From the IMG/VR virus record IMGVR_UViG_3300040856_003015, positions 1 through 64,000 of that record: 64,000 nucleotides of DNA; one strand, written 5' to 3'. Each line of letters starts with the position of its first letter. Within the stretch, counting starts at the first letter, position 1. This document shows positions 26,933 through 37,202 of the stretch, one piece after another. Made by a program: the position numbers and the translations under genes. The DNA is from a virus. The notes under the pieces are model-generated. The model saw only the letters and a list, made by a program, of their open reading frames with translations, had not been told where the DNA came from and made no database searches.

Positions 26933-27101
26933 AGGATTTGTTTCGAATGAACCCATCATAAAACGAAAGGTCGCCCTTCGGACGACCCATGTGCCTCTTT
27001 TTGAACTGTCTGAGGCGTGCTTTCGCTTGCCTCAGTGCTTGTGGTTTCAACTTCCGCTTCTGTTGTTTCTTGCTGTGATGGTATCTATTTGGTACTAACA
27101 T
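26910..27101 (-). CDS. Small basic protein
   Basis: PNRYHHSKKQQKRKLKPQALRQAKAR; SD-like AAAGG upstream. Confidence 0.6.
   Translation of the reverse strand: MLVPNRYHHSKKQQKRKLKPQALRQAKARLRQFKKRHMGRPKGDLSFYDGFIRNKSYVSFTRN
26960..26987 (-). terminator. GC-rich hairpin, putative terminator
   Basis: GGTCGTCC-GAA-GGGCGACC followed by TTTCGTTTT. Confidence 0.45.
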
Positions 27102-27193
27102 AACCTTTTTCCTTTAGAAGTAATAATGCTTCCTCGTATTTTTCAGGAAGAACTGGAAGGTAAAGGTGTTTTCCAACCTTATCTCTATTATTA

Positions 27194-28906
27194 TCAGACC
27201 ACCATATAGGAAAAGTTTTTTCTTTTTTCAAACTTTATGACACTTCCAAATTTGTCCTTTAAAAGTTCTTTATGTGATATCACAAAAACATTAGCATCTT
27301 TAATAACATACCTAATTATTTTTAAAAACTCATCTGCTCCAAATTCATCGAGTGAAGAATCAAAGGTTTCATCAAAAATAATTAAATTACAACTTAAAGA
27401 ATTTTTAAGTTTTGCGACTTCTCTCCAAGCAAATAGTAAAGCAAGATTTATTCTAGATTTTTCACCCTCACTAAAAGATGCATAAGAAAAATCTTCATGA
27501 ATCGGTGATTGTATTGTTTCATTAAATTCTTCATCAAGAGTGAAGTTTATATAAAAATCCATCATCTGAAGATACCGATTAACTTGTTGATTTATAAGTG
27601 GTAAATATTTTTTAATAATTTTAGTTTTTACTCCACCATCTTTTAATAAACTATAAGAAAAATCATAATAATCAATTTCTTCTTTTTTTGAAATTAATTC
27701 TTCGTATGTATTTTTTAAATTTTCATTGAATAACTCTAACTTTTCATGTTCAGTATTTCTATTTTCAAGTTGTTTGGTAATTGTTTGAATTTCAGATTCA
27801 AGATCTCGGATTTGTTTTTGATATCCAGATATCTTAGTATTATTTTGAGAAATGTCATTAGTTAGTTTAGTGATTTCTTTCATAAACAAAGAAAATTGAC
27901 TCTCTCTTTTTTCTTCATCTCTAATTGCTTGCTCTAGATCATCGTAACCAGATTGCAATTCTTTTGCTTTATTTTGAGCGTCTTCAATTTTATTGATTCT
28001 AAAATCTTCATCTATTTCTTGAGTGCACGTTGGGCAAATCTTATTACTATTGAAAAATTGATGTTCTGATACAATAGTAGATATTTTCTGGGATATTTTA
28101 CCTTTAAGATTTCCCAATTTTCTAAGTTTTTCAGTAGATCCGCTATAACTTTCTATTTCGATTTTACTTTCATCTAATTTATTTTGAAGATTATTATTAT
28201 CCAACATCAAAGAATTAATTTCATTGTTTAATTGCAATATCCCCTCATCTTTTTGTGCTATATTTTCCTTTCCACGATTTTCCAACTGTAAGATGAAGTT
28301 TTTTTGCATCTTAACTTTATCATTTAAAGATTCTTTTTTAAGTTCTAATACATTCACTTCATCTTTTGAAGTTTTCATTTGATCTTTAATGATCGAAGTC
28401 ATTGATGAAAATATTTTAATATCAAGTAAATCTTCTATTACTTCTCTACGACTAGATGCTGACAACTGCATAAATGGGATGAAATTACTACTTCCAAGAA
28501 TTACAAGTTGTGTAAATGATTTGTAATTCATTTTTAATATACTTTGCTCAAGTAACTTCTGTTGGTCAGAAGAAGAAGAATCTTGGTTTAGTAACTCTCC
28601 ATTTTTGTATATTTCAAATATAGATGGTTTTATTCCCCGTATAATCTTCCAATTAACTGATCCAATTGAAAATTTTAACTCTACAACACAATCTTTTTCA
28701 TTTATAGAATTTATTAACTGTGGTTTATTAATTCCTCTATAGGATTTCCCAAAAAGAGAGAAAGTTATAGCATCAAGGATCGTACTTTTACCAGAACCAT
28801 TATTTCCAACTATTAGAGTAGTAGGATTTTTATTAAGATTTATTTCAATAAAATAATTTCCTGAACTTAAAAAGTTTTTATATTTTACTGTTTCAAATGT
28901 AATCAT
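27194..28906 (-). CDS. gp46: Recombination endonuclease ATPase subunit (SbcC/Rad50-like)
   Basis: GNNGSGKST, CPTC hook, FSEGEK signature, IFDETFD. Confidence 0.95.
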   Translation of the reverse strand: MITFETVKYKNFLSSGNYFIEINLNKNPTTLIVGNNGSGKSTILDAITFSLFGKSYRGINKPQLINSINEKDCVVELKFSIGSVNWKIIRGIKPSIFEIYKNGELLNQDSSSSDQQKLLEQSILKMNYKSFTQLVILGSSNFIPFMQLSASSRREVIEDLLDIKIFSSMTSIIKDQMKTSKDEVNVLELKKESLNDKVKMQKNFILQLENRGKENIAQKDEGILQLNNEINSLMLDNNNLQNKLDESKIEIESYSGSTEKLRKLGNLKGKISQKISTIVSEHQFFNSNKICPTCTQEIDEDFRINKIEDAQNKAKELQSGYDDLEQAIRDEEKRESQFSLFMKEITKLTNDISQNNTKISGYQKQIRDLESEIQTITKQLENRNTEHEKLELFNENLKNTYEELISKKEEIDYYDFSYSLLKDGGVKTKIIKKYLPLINQQVNRYLQMMDFYINFTLDEEFNETIQSPIHEDFSYASFSEGEKSRINLALLFAWREVAKLKNSLSCNLIIFDETFDSSLDEFGADEFLKIIRYVIKDANVFVISHKELLKDKFGSVIKFEKRKNFSYMVV

Positions 28907-29165
28907 TTTCTATCGGCGGAACTACAATATCATTTTTAGTTATTACAAAATACTCATAATTATGCATATCACAAGATTCTAATAAAATTTGATCATCAAC
29001 TTCTTGCACCTGCATTTGTGGATATTTTTTAGACTCATTTAATTGAAGTGCATATCTTTCAGCATCATCTTTTTCTTCGAAAATGCAAAGTATTTGTGAA
29101 CCCCTTTCATCTCTTAAGGAAAATGCTCCTTCATTTATTTTACCTTCTATAGTGATGATATACAT
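28893..29165 (-). CDS. Conserved hypothetical protein between gp47 and gp46
   Basis: FEEKDDAERYA...ITKNDIVVPP. Confidence 0.75.
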   Translation of the reverse strand: MYIITIEGKINEGAFSLRDERGSQILCIFEEKDDAERYALQLNESKKYPQMQVQEVDDQILLESCDMHNYEYFVITKNDIVVPPIENDYI

Positions 29166-29166
29166 A

Positions 29167-30207
29167 TCATACTAGTTCGCACGCTTCTTTGTAAGTTTTA
29201 TAAAGAATTTTTTTAATCTTTGATTTTTTTAAATCTGTCTTAGATTCTTCAATGTATTTATCAACTATAGACATAGTATGTTCTGTTTCAAACTCACACG
29301 AAATATCTATATTATCTACATTAAAATTTTCTACTATTTTTAGTTCAGAGATATCCGAAGAGTAAAGTTCATCTATAAATTTTTCATATCTATTTTTATC
29401 AGTCTTTTTCTTGACTATAACCTTTACTATTTTATTTTTATATTCCGAAAAATCTATATCATCAATATCACTATCTTCATAATATATCTGATAGTGCATC
29501 TTATAAGGATTTTGAATAAAATTTAATTCAAGTGTGCTTGTGTCAAATAAATGAAATCCCCTCCTATCATCAACATCATTCCAATATATTTCGTAAGGAT
29601 TACCTAAATAAAATATTTTTTTATTGTCAGATTTGGTATGATAATGTCCAGAAAATACTAACTTGCAATTGTCAAATAGAGATCTATCATAACCTTCCTG
29701 CATAACATGCCCTTTGTATGCAGTAAACCCCGAAAGTTCAAGATGTCCCATTGCAACTTTGCATTTGGAGTTTTTTATTGCGTTAAAAGTCTTTTGTTCA
29801 TTTTCTTGATTAATCCACGGAAGAAATAAAATAGATAAATCTCCTATTTGAAGTACTTGAGGATCTGAGATTATTTTTACATTATCATACTCTCTCAAAA
29901 GCAAATCTACTGCATTAAGATTATTTGAATTTTTGTAATATGATGTATGGTTTCCAACTACAGTATAAACTGTACATCCCATATCTCTGAGTTTATCATA
30001 ATAATTTGTTTTAGACCATTCTAATGCAGCAAAATCTATTGACTTTCTGTTATCAAAAGTATCTCCAAGATCAATAACAGTTTTTATATTATTTTTTTCG
30101 AGGTTTGGAAAAAATATATTATTGTAAAAATCTAAAAAATAATCATGGAATAACTTAGAATTTTTTCTACATCCAAAATGTTGGTCCGTAATAATTGCTG
30201 TTAACAT
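29167..30207 (-). CDS. gp47: Recombination endonuclease nuclease subunit (SbcD/Mre11-like)
   Basis: TDQHFG, LGDTFD, VGNH, SGHYH phosphoesterase motifs. Confidence 0.95.
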   Translation of the reverse strand: MLTAIITDQHFGCRKNSKLFHDYFLDFYNNIFFPNLEKNNIKTVIDLGDTFDNRKSIDFAALEWSKTNYYDKLRDMGCTVYTVVGNHTSYYKNSNNLNAVDLLLREYDNVKIISDPQVLQIGDLSILFLPWINQENEQKTFNAIKNSKCKVAMGHLELSGFTAYKGHVMQEGYDRSLFDNCKLVFSGHYHTKSDNKKIFYLGNPYEIYWNDVDDRRGFHLFDTSTLELNFIQNPYKMHYQIYYEDSDIDDIDFSEYKNKIVKVIVKKKTDKNRYEKFIDELYSSDISELKIVENFNVDNIDISCEFETEHTMSIVDKYIEESKTDLKKSKIKKILYKTYKEACELV

Positions 30208-30704
30208 TAATGTCTAAGTTTCGAATGAACATTGTCTTTGATAGAATTATAGTCGCTATAGTTATTTCCGTCAACACCCCCATCATCGAAAAATACTTCA
30301 TCAAACCCAGTTTTTTCTATGATTTTATTTTTTATATCTAGTTGACGTTTTTCTTTTTGAATTCTTCTCAAAAAAGCGTAGTGTATAATTTGAGTAAAAT
30401 AAGCAAAAGGATTTTGCGACTTTTCAGGATTGAAATTATGAATATACTGAACACAATTTTCAATACCATCAGAAATCATATCATCTTTAAAGATATAATT
30501 AACAAAATTTGGTTTGAATGATAAATGCGTTGCAATTTTGAGAAAGCACTCACCTAGATAATTAGTAATTCTTGGTTTGGGTAAGTTATTTTTTTCAGCA
30601 TCATCAATAGATTTTTTATATTCTATAATTGCTGCTAGAAAATCTTTATTATTAACATAATGAATGGTTCTCTGTCTTTTTGGCATTTTACTTACTAATG
30701 ACAT
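30207..30704 (-). CDS. gp55: Late transcription sigma factor
   Basis: HYVNNKDF...GECFLKIATHLS..PNF...DMISDGIENC...NPFAYFTQI. Confidence 0.95.
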   Translation of the reverse strand: MSLVSKMPKRQRTIHYVNNKDFLAAIIEYKKSIDDAEKNNLPKPRITNYLGECFLKIATHLSFKPNFVNYIFKDDMISDGIENCVQYIHNFNPEKSQNPFAYFTQIIHYAFLRRIQKEKRQLDIKNKIIEKTGFDEVFFDDGGVDGNNYSDYNSIKDNVHSKLRH

Positions 30705-30752
30705 GAATTTCTTGAACTTACTATCTATCAATTATACCACATATACCCACAC

Positions 30753-30781
30753 TTGACACACTTATGGATTCTGTGTATAAT
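30753..30781 (+). promoter_or_regulatory. Consensus sigma70 promoter on the non-coding strand
   Basis: TTGACA(30753-58)-N17-TATAAT(30776-81); a divergent TGgTATAAT for gp55 lies at 30731-30739 on minus strand. Confidence 0.7.
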
Positions 30782-30834
30782 CGTGCTTGTCACCCTTTGG
30801 AAATTACTTAATAGCTATAGGTACTTAAAGATAC

Positions 30835-31227
30835 TTAAAAATCATTATATATCCTTTCTAGCATATCCTTTGCTATATCTACTGTAGATATATACCCCAT
30901 CTTTCTAGTTAATTTTGGTTTATCATCGTATTTTCTATTACTAGATTTTACAAATGTTTGATACATCATTATAGTCTTAGGATCAAAGCATTCAGATATT
31001 AATAATATATCATCAAGTTTTAAAATGAATAGATCTTCATCAGTAGTTTTTATCCAGGGTTCTATTTTATAACCCATTTGTTTTCCACGTACACTCATTT
31101 CTGTAACTATAACTGGGTTAAATATTAATACTATCATTTCATCATTTTCTTCAGAAGGTAGAACCTTACAGAATATTTCTTCCCCAGTTTTTAATTTTAC
31201 AGTTGCATAAAAATCTTCTTCTTTCAT
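30835..31227 (-). CDS. Conserved hypothetical protein downstream of uvsW
   Basis: FYATVKLKTGEEIF...KIEPWIK...MGYISTV..AK.MLE.IY. Confidence 0.8.
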   Translation of the reverse strand: MKEEDFYATVKLKTGEEIFCKVLPSEENDEMIVLIFNPVIVTEMSVRGKQMGYKIEPWIKTTDEDLFILKLDDILLISECFDPKTIMMYQTFVKSSNRKYDDKPKLTRKMGYISTVDIAKDMLERIYNDF

Positions 31228-32687
31228 ATCTTTAAATTAATAGGTATAATTTCATAATTAAATTTTTCTTCGTTATAAATTTTTATTCTTTCTATTAAAT
31301 GATTTAGAGTATAATTTTTTCTACCTTTAAATGTACAATCATCAGAAATATCATAAAGTTTTGCTTGACTTTTATTTGATGATTTTCTCAATACTCTTCC
31401 TATAGATTGTAAATTTCTTATTCTAGACTTACTTGGTGATGCAAATACTACATTATGCAAATTTTTAATGTTTATTCCTGTTGAAAAAACTCCATATGAT
31501 GCAATTATTATTGCATTACTTTCTTTTTCAGTAATTTCTCTTACTTGCTCTCTTTCAGAAGTTTTTATTCCACCATGAACAAAAAATACCTTTCTTTTAT
31601 GGTCAATACTACTATTTATTAAATCATACAATGGTTTACCATGAGTTTCTACTCTAGAAAATAAAATTAAAGTATTTCCACTCAAATCTAAAGATAAATT
31701 TTTAATAAAGTTATTCCTTTTATCATTAGTTATTAAATATTGAATTTCATCTTCATATGTGCTAAATTGCAATGGTTTATGCTTCAAAAGAAGACATTGT
31801 ATGTCTAATTTTGATAGATAACCTTTTTCCATTAATTCTGATGTATTAGTCACTTTATATGAAGGTCCAAACAATCCTTCAAGAACCCACTTATGAGTCT
31901 GAGATCCATCTAGAGTTCCAGTAAAACCAAATCTATACTTAGTATGATGTAACTTTGTCATTATAGAGATTAAAGATTTACTTTTAAATAAATGTGCTTC
32001 ATCCCCAATTACTACATTATATTTTTCAAAAAATGATTTGGGTAATTTGTAAATACTTTGCCAAGTAGTTATTGTAACTGGCATATCATTATATTTTTCC
32101 CTACCAGAATATATTTTATGACAATAGGAATCAGAGTCCCACCCATAGTCATTAAAATCTTTAGACATTTGCTCTACTAGACTAGTTGTGGGAACAACTA
32201 ATAAAATTTTTTGTTTCTTATGAACATAATATCTAACAATAGAATATATCATCAAACTTTTACCGGATGCTGTTGGACTTAGTAAAAGTTTTCTATTATA
32301 TCTTAATGCGTTATAAATCCCATCAAGTTGATAATCTCTTGGTTTAATTCTAGAAATAGAATTTATATAGTCTTTTAATCCCTCTACTGATATTTCTTCG
32401 TTTACTTCGAATGGTAACCCATAATATGGATTATTTTTAAATTCATAACTATAATTATATTTCTTTAATTTTTCAATAACTTTATCAAGCAACCCCACAT
32501 AGATTTCTCCAGTATGTGTACTTAATAATCTTATTTTTCCATCCCAATATTTATTTCTCATCTGAGGCATAAATTTTGCACCTTCAACATCAAAAGTAAA
32601 ATGTTGTTGAAGTTCATACAAAATATGAGGTTCACATTCTAACTTAATGTAAACCTCATTCTTTTTAGAAATTATTACATCAGACAT
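31224..32687 (-). CDS. uvsW: UvsW SF2 helicase
   Basis: PRDYQ, SPTASGKS, GDEAH, GFTGT, QSIGRVLR; TATAAATA at 32709-32716. Confidence 0.95.
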   Translation of the reverse strand: MSDVIISKKNEVYIKLECEPHILYELQQHFTFDVEGAKFMPQMRNKYWDGKIRLLSTHTGEIYVGLLDKVIEKLKKYNYSYEFKNNPYYGLPFEVNEEISVEGLKDYINSISRIKPRDYQLDGIYNALRYNRKLLLSPTASGKSLMIYSIVRYYVHKKQKILLVVPTTSLVEQMSKDFNDYGWDSDSYCHKIYSGREKYNDMPVTITTWQSIYKLPKSFFEKYNVVIGDEAHLFKSKSLISIMTKLHHTKYRFGFTGTLDGSQTHKWVLEGLFGPSYKVTNTSELMEKGYLSKLDIQCLLLKHKPLQFSTYEDEIQYLITNDKRNNFIKNLSLDLSGNTLILFSRVETHGKPLYDLINSSIDHKRKVFFVHGGIKTSEREQVREITEKESNAIIIASYGVFSTGINIKNLHNVVFASPSKSRIRNLQSIGRVLRKSSNKSQAKLYDISDDCTFKGRKNYTLNHLIERIKIYNEEKFNYEIIPINLKI

Positions 32688-32718
32688 AGAAATATGTTCA
32701 ACTGAACATATTTATATC

Positions 32719-33153
32719 TTAAAAACCAGATTGAAATTTCATATAGTCTATTGCATTTTTTATCTGATAATTTCTGTTATGAATCATTTTTATAATATCT
32801 TCAAGATATTTTAACATAACGTCATAATATTCAACTTTCAAAGAAATTTCTGATAATTTTTCATCTGCATCCATATATTTTTGCATAGTATCCTTATCTC
32901 TGATTTTCTTAGGAAACGGATTTTCTAGATATACATCAGGATCTGCTTTTCCGGAATAATATTCATATCTTTCATGTCTTATTGTTTTTTTTAATTGCTC
33001 TGCTCTCTTTCTTAGGAGAATTATATTATTGTATATTTCAAAATATTTTGAATGTAGTATTGAAGAATTTAATGATTCTGTATGCAAATTATCAGGATCT
33101 ATTTTAGAATCTTCTTCCCACATACTTTGAATTTTTTCAAGATCTAATATCAT
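32719..33153 (-). CDS. uvsY: Recombination mediator
   Basis: DSKID...LHSKY...YYSGKA...RNYQIKNAID; position gp3-uvsY-uvsW. Confidence 0.88.
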   Translation of the reverse strand: MILDLEKIQSMWEEDSKIDPDNLHTESLNSSILHSKYFEIYNNIILLRKRAEQLKKTIRHERYEYYSGKADPDVYLENPFPKKIRDKDTMQKYMDADEKLSEISLKVEYYDVMLKYLEDIIKMIHNRNYQIKNAIDYMKFQSGF

Positions 33154-33728
33154 AATGGGTGTAGAGGTTCATCAACTTTATCTACTATATTATACATCAT
33201 ATACTTAAATTTTACTTCTGCAGTCAAATATTCAATATCGTCTGATGTGGAATCAAATCTTAATGAGGATAACTCGTATGGAAATAGTCCTTTGAATATA
33301 ACTTTAAAATTTGCATTCTCGGAACTAGTAAGAACAAGTAAAGTTCCATCAGAATATAAATTCATCTCCGACCTTGAGAATCTGGTATAATCAACATTTG
33401 TTTTCTGCAATTTATATATTTCACCCAAAGACTCTGGAAATCCTAATCCCCTCATCCAATTTTGTATTTCCATGTAATTCTCTAAATTTTCATCGACCAA
33501 AAATCTAAATGTAAAATCATCAAACTCCATCTTATCCCCAGGAACTGGTATATCTCTTAAATAATTTGGATGATTTGCTATTCCTAAAGATATACCAGGT
33601 ATTTCTGCGGTATTTGCAAAAAATGCAGTTTTTGGTGATCTATTTAAAGTTAGTTTATAACCAAGTGGAGATAGAAAATTTCTATTCTGTATTTCATTTC
33701 TGAAAATATTACTAGTTTGATTGCTCAT
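33150..33728 (-). CDS. gp3: Tail completion / sheath stabiliser
   Basis: NRNFLSP...IPGISLG...FLVDENLENYMEIQNWM; position after gp23. Confidence 0.85.
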   Translation of the reverse strand: MSNQTSNIFRNEIQNRNFLSPLGYKLTLNRSPKTAFFANTAEIPGISLGIANHPNYLRDIPVPGDKMEFDDFTFRFLVDENLENYMEIQNWMRGLGFPESLGEIYKLQKTNVDYTRFSRSEMNLYSDGTLLVLTSSENANFKVIFKGLFPYELSSLRFDSTSDDIEYLTAEVKFKYMMYNIVDKVDEPLHPL

Positions 33729-33751
33729 TATACTTTTTTAAATATTTAGAT

Positions 33752-33779
33752 AAAAAAAGAGACCCCATAAGGAGTCTCT
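33752..33779 (-). terminator. Terminator after gp23
   Basis: AGAGACTCC-TTAT-GGGGTCTCT followed by TTTTTT. Confidence 0.8.
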
Positions 33780-33801
33780 GTACAACTTTTGTGATAAGTG
33801 A

Positions 33802-35208
33802 TCACATGAGGTTCTTAACTTGAACTCTTCTGTAATAGCGGTTGCTATTAATCTTAAGTGCTCCAAGACCCTTATCTGGACCTTCTGCGAATGGATTAGC
33901 AACAAGACCATAACGAGTCTTAAATCCAATTTTTGGCTGGAAGGTGTTCTCACCAACTGCACGTACCATCTGGAGAGGTACATATGGGCAGTAGAAGATA
34001 CCAGCATCATAAGGAGAAGAACCCTTGTAACCCACAACGTAATACTGATTAGCAGATACGTTAGCAGCATAAGGATCAATATAAACGCGGAACTTACCGA
34101 GAAGAACACCAGCAAAGGTATTGCCAGTATCATCAACGCTAAGATTTGCGTTAAGTGCAGGAGTATAGTCGAGAACACCTGCCATGCTTAGCGCAGAAGC
34201 AACGTCTGCGGAACACATGATGGTGTTGCCCTTTCCTCTACGAGTACGCTGTGCGATTGCATTAGCATCACGCTCGATTTGGAATAGTAGACCCTTGAAC
34301 TTCTCAACGCTCCAACGACCGTTAGAATCGATGTCAAGGTCAAATACACCCTGGGTTGCCACATTAGCGGCAGCACCCTGCTCAGCGACCTTGTAGATGG
34401 TTCTGATGACCTCACGGTTGATCTCTGCAAGAATCTCGCTAGAAAGGATATTAGCGAGTTCTGCTTCAGCATTCAGACCGTGAATTGCCTTAAGGTCTTG
34501 AGCAAGTTCTAGACTGTACTCAGCTTTCAGTGCTCTGGATTTTGCTTCAACGAGGACTTTCTCGATAGAGAATGCCATTTCGTTGAACTGGTTACCATCA
34601 GCATTACCAAGAGATTCTGATTGAGTGGTCTTCATCCCTTGACCGACATTATATCCGGTTGAGGATGCAGTACCAACTGGGTTTAGAAGTCCTGGATTAT
34701 CGCCAGTCTGAGAAGTAGTACCCATACCTGCTGCAGCATCGCTAAATGCTGAGGTAAGGTTATTACTATCATTCTGACCAGAGAATGCGGTATTTACTTC
34801 ATCATAGAAGGTTTCTGGTCCAGTCTGATTCTCGTATCTGGAGCGCATAGCAAAGATTAGTCCAGTAGGACCAGTCATTGGTTGAACCCCAGCGAGATCA
34901 TATGCTACCAGGTTAGGCATTGCACGTCTGATCAATGAAATCAGAACGGGATCAAAACCTGATACTGGACCACCAGCATCAGCACCACCGCTGAAACCGG
35001 CGGCACCACTTGCGGTGCTAGTATTTACAGTTGGGGTCTCAGTTAGAAGACCACCTTGTTGGAAAGCAGTTTGCTCTCTTAAAAATTTTTCTTGATTTTC
35101 GAGCAGGACAGCGGTTACAGCCTTTCTGTGTGAATCCTTGATTGGATCAAGACCTTCATAATTTAGTAAAGGTGCCCACTTTTCCTGCAGATGCCCGGAT
35201 TGGAACAT
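33802..35208 (-). CDS. gp23: Major capsid protein
   Basis: EKWAPLL, GVQPMTGPTGLIFAMR, KSRALKAEYSLELAQDLKAIHGL, FQPKIGFKTRYG. Confidence 0.98.
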   Translation of the reverse strand: MFQSGHLQEKWAPLLNYEGLDPIKDSHRKAVTAVLLENQEKFLREQTAFQQGGLLTETPTVNTSTASGAAGFSGGADAGGPVSGFDPVLISLIRRAMPNLVAYDLAGVQPMTGPTGLIFAMRSRYENQTGPETFYDEVNTAFSGQNDSNNLTSAFSDAAAGMGTTSQTGDNPGLLNPVGTASSTGYNVGQGMKTTQSESLGNADGNQFNEMAFSIEKVLVEAKSRALKAEYSLELAQDLKAIHGLNAEAELANILSSEILAEINREVIRTIYKVAEQGAAANVATQGVFDLDIDSNGRWSVEKFKGLLFQIERDANAIAQRTRRGKGNTIMCSADVASALSMAGVLDYTPALNANLSVDDTGNTFAGVLLGKFRVYIDPYAANVSANQYYVVGYKGSSPYDAGIFYCPYVPLQMVRAVGENTFQPKIGFKTRYGLVANPFAEGPDKGLGALKINSNRYYRRVQVKNLM

Positions 35209-35255
35209 TTGCGTTTACCTCTTAAATGCGTTTTTTGTTTGATTTAATATTGAAT

Positions 35256-36488
35256 TCAGCGTTTTGCAACTGCTGAAAGAGTTCTCAAGTAAGTATTCAT
35301 CGTATCTGAATGGTATTCAGGTACAACATCTACTCCTTCAGAAAGTGTTTCAGTTATTGCCTGTGGAGAAGTTACTCTTGAAGAAAAATATGCTTCCTTC
35401 AATGTCTCCAGTTTTTCACGATAAGTTGACTCACTTTCAAACTCAACACTTTCGGCAAGTGAAGCGAGCTTCTCTTTCTGAGTGACTGCTAATCCTTCAG
35501 AAATTTCATCAAAAATTCTATCTGCAACCGACTCGGAGAGACGCTTGTTTATAGAGATATTTTTTTCAATTTGCTCGTTGAGTTTTGTCTCCATATCATC
35601 AAGTTTTTCTACCATGCTCTCAAGTACATCATATTTATCTTCAGGGATTGATACATAATGTTCTTCAAAAAGTCCTTTTAGACCAGTCATAAAGGACTCA
35701 GTTAGTTCTTCTTTAAGTCCAGTTTCAATGGAAAGAGTATTTTCTGCCATCCATTCACTTGCAACATATTCTAGATAAGTATCGACACGTTCTTGTAGAT
35801 CCGATTTAATTTCTTCAATTTCTTCTACAAGTCTTTGCTCATAAGATTCTTCTAGTTCTTCACTAATTTCATTAACTTTTGAACGTAGAGCAGATTCAAA
35901 AATAATTTTTGCTTTTTCTTGGAATTCTTCGGAGAGTTCTTCATTTTGAAGAAGTGCATTAACATCTTCTTCGATGTCAAATTCTTCTTTCATTTCATCA
36001 TCATCTTCTTCATTATTCCTTTTCTTTTTCTTTTTTTTATCACCTTTTCCTGAATAGTCATCATCATCATCATCATCATCATCTTCATCATCTCCACAAC
36101 TTTCTTCATCTAGAAGATCATCTTCATCTATATCTTCATCTGCATCTTCATCTAGATCTTCATCTTCATCTAGAAGATCTTCATCATCCAAATCTTCATC
36201 TTCTTTAACTGCTAATTTTTTCATAGAGTCGGCAGACTTAGCACCTCTGTTTACAACATCAGATACTGTTTTTAAAGATGGTTCTTTCAACTTAGATGAA
36301 TCATCATCAGATTTATAATTTTCTGGAGTAGGACCACCAAGATCTTCCCAGCCAGTTGCACTTTGACCATCAGGAATACCTGTACTCAAATGTGCCATTG
36401 GTTCTGCTGAACTTGCCTTAGCATTTACAGCAGTTCTGGATTGCTTTGTGCCTGCTTCCATTTCCTGTAATTTTTTGCCACGAGACAT
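35256..36488 (-). CDS. gp22: Prohead core scaffold
   Basis: EDLGGPTPEN, ELSEEFQEKAKIIFESA, YLEYVASEW; position gp21-22-23. Confidence 0.92.
   Translation of the reverse strand: MSRGKKLQEMEAGTKQSRTAVNAKASSAEPMAHLSTGIPDGQSATGWEDLGGPTPENYKSDDDSSKLKEPSLKTVSDVVNRGAKSADSMKKLAVKEDEDLDDEDLLDEDEDLDEDADEDIDEDDLLDEESCGDDEDDDDDDDDDYSGKGDKKKKKKRNNEEDDDEMKEEFDIEEDVNALLQNEELSEEFQEKAKIIFESALRSKVNEISEELEESYEQRLVEEIEEIKSDLQERVDTYLEYVASEWMAENTLSIETGLKEELTESFMTGLKGLFEEHYVSIPEDKYDVLESMVEKLDDMETKLNEQIEKNISINKRLSESVADRIFDEISEGLAVTQKEKLASLAESVEFESESTYREKLETLKEAYFSSRVTSPQAITETLSEGVDVVPEYHSDTMNTYLRTLSAVAKR
35990..36205. repeat. Low-complexity GAT/GAA codon repeats encoding Asp/Glu tract and poly-Lys in gp22
   Basis: (TCA)n run about 36058-36083 and repeated TCTTCATC units. 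Confidence 0.8.
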
Positions 36489-36546
36489 TTGAACTCTCCG
36501 TTTAACCTTAGTTAGTTTAACTATATTTATTTATTAAATTATTAAA

Positions 36547-37197
36547 TTACAACGAATTCAAAAATTCGTTAAATAAGTTTAATTTATGTTCTTCTAAAAC
36601 TCTTTGATCTACTAATGTATTAATTCTTCTTTTAGTTTGCTCAGCAATCTTTTCTCTCAAAATACCACCATCCCATACCCACTCCTTTCCTTCCATAATT
36701 CCAGATACAAACGCATCAGGTGCAGAAGGATCTGCTACAATATCAGCAGCAGTTGCTAGCATGAAATCTTCGCCAACTTCCTTATAACCTTTTTGGTTTT
36801 CTCTAAGTGAACCAATACCCCTAGAAGACACTCCAAGAGTTACTCCATCTTTGAGTAAAGATTCTGCAATCTTACCCATAGGAGTAGATAAAATTTGTGC
36901 TTTACCTACAAAGTTATTACCTACTTGATTTAACTCAGTAATTTTATGTGAAACACGATCAAGATTTACAGTTGGTCCATCTGGATGACCAAGTTCTCCA
37001 AGAGCACGACCTTTTTGAACATATTGCTCATTATAACGCTTTACTTCCTTTTCCATGATTGAAAGAGGATACATTCTTCCATTTCTATTAACACATTCTG
37101 CTTGTAGAAATGGTCCTTTAATGTAAAGTTTTTGGTCTTTTCCAGTTCCTTCTTTAAGAACTTCTACCTTTTCGATTTCTTCTCTGATTAGTTTCAT
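36547..37197 (-). CDS. gp21: Prohead protease
   Basis: NRNGRMYP, ALGELGHP, GVSSRGIGS, DIVADPSAPDA. Confidence 0.96.
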   Translation of the reverse strand: MKLIREEIEKVEVLKEGTGKDQKLYIKGPFLQAECVNRNGRMYPLSIMEKEVKRYNEQYVQKGRALGELGHPDGPTVNLDRVSHKITELNQVGNNFVGKAQILSTPMGKIAESLLKDGVTLGVSSRGIGSLRENQKGYKEVGEDFMLATAADIVADPSAPDAFVSGIMEGKEWVWDGGILREKIAEQTKRRINTLVDQRVLEEHKLNLFNEFLNSL

Positions 37198-37202
37198 TTT
37201 TC

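Noticed and set aside
36000-36200. CRISPR-like or non-coding repeat array
   Set aside because: Repeats are in-frame Asp/Glu codons within gp22; no spacers
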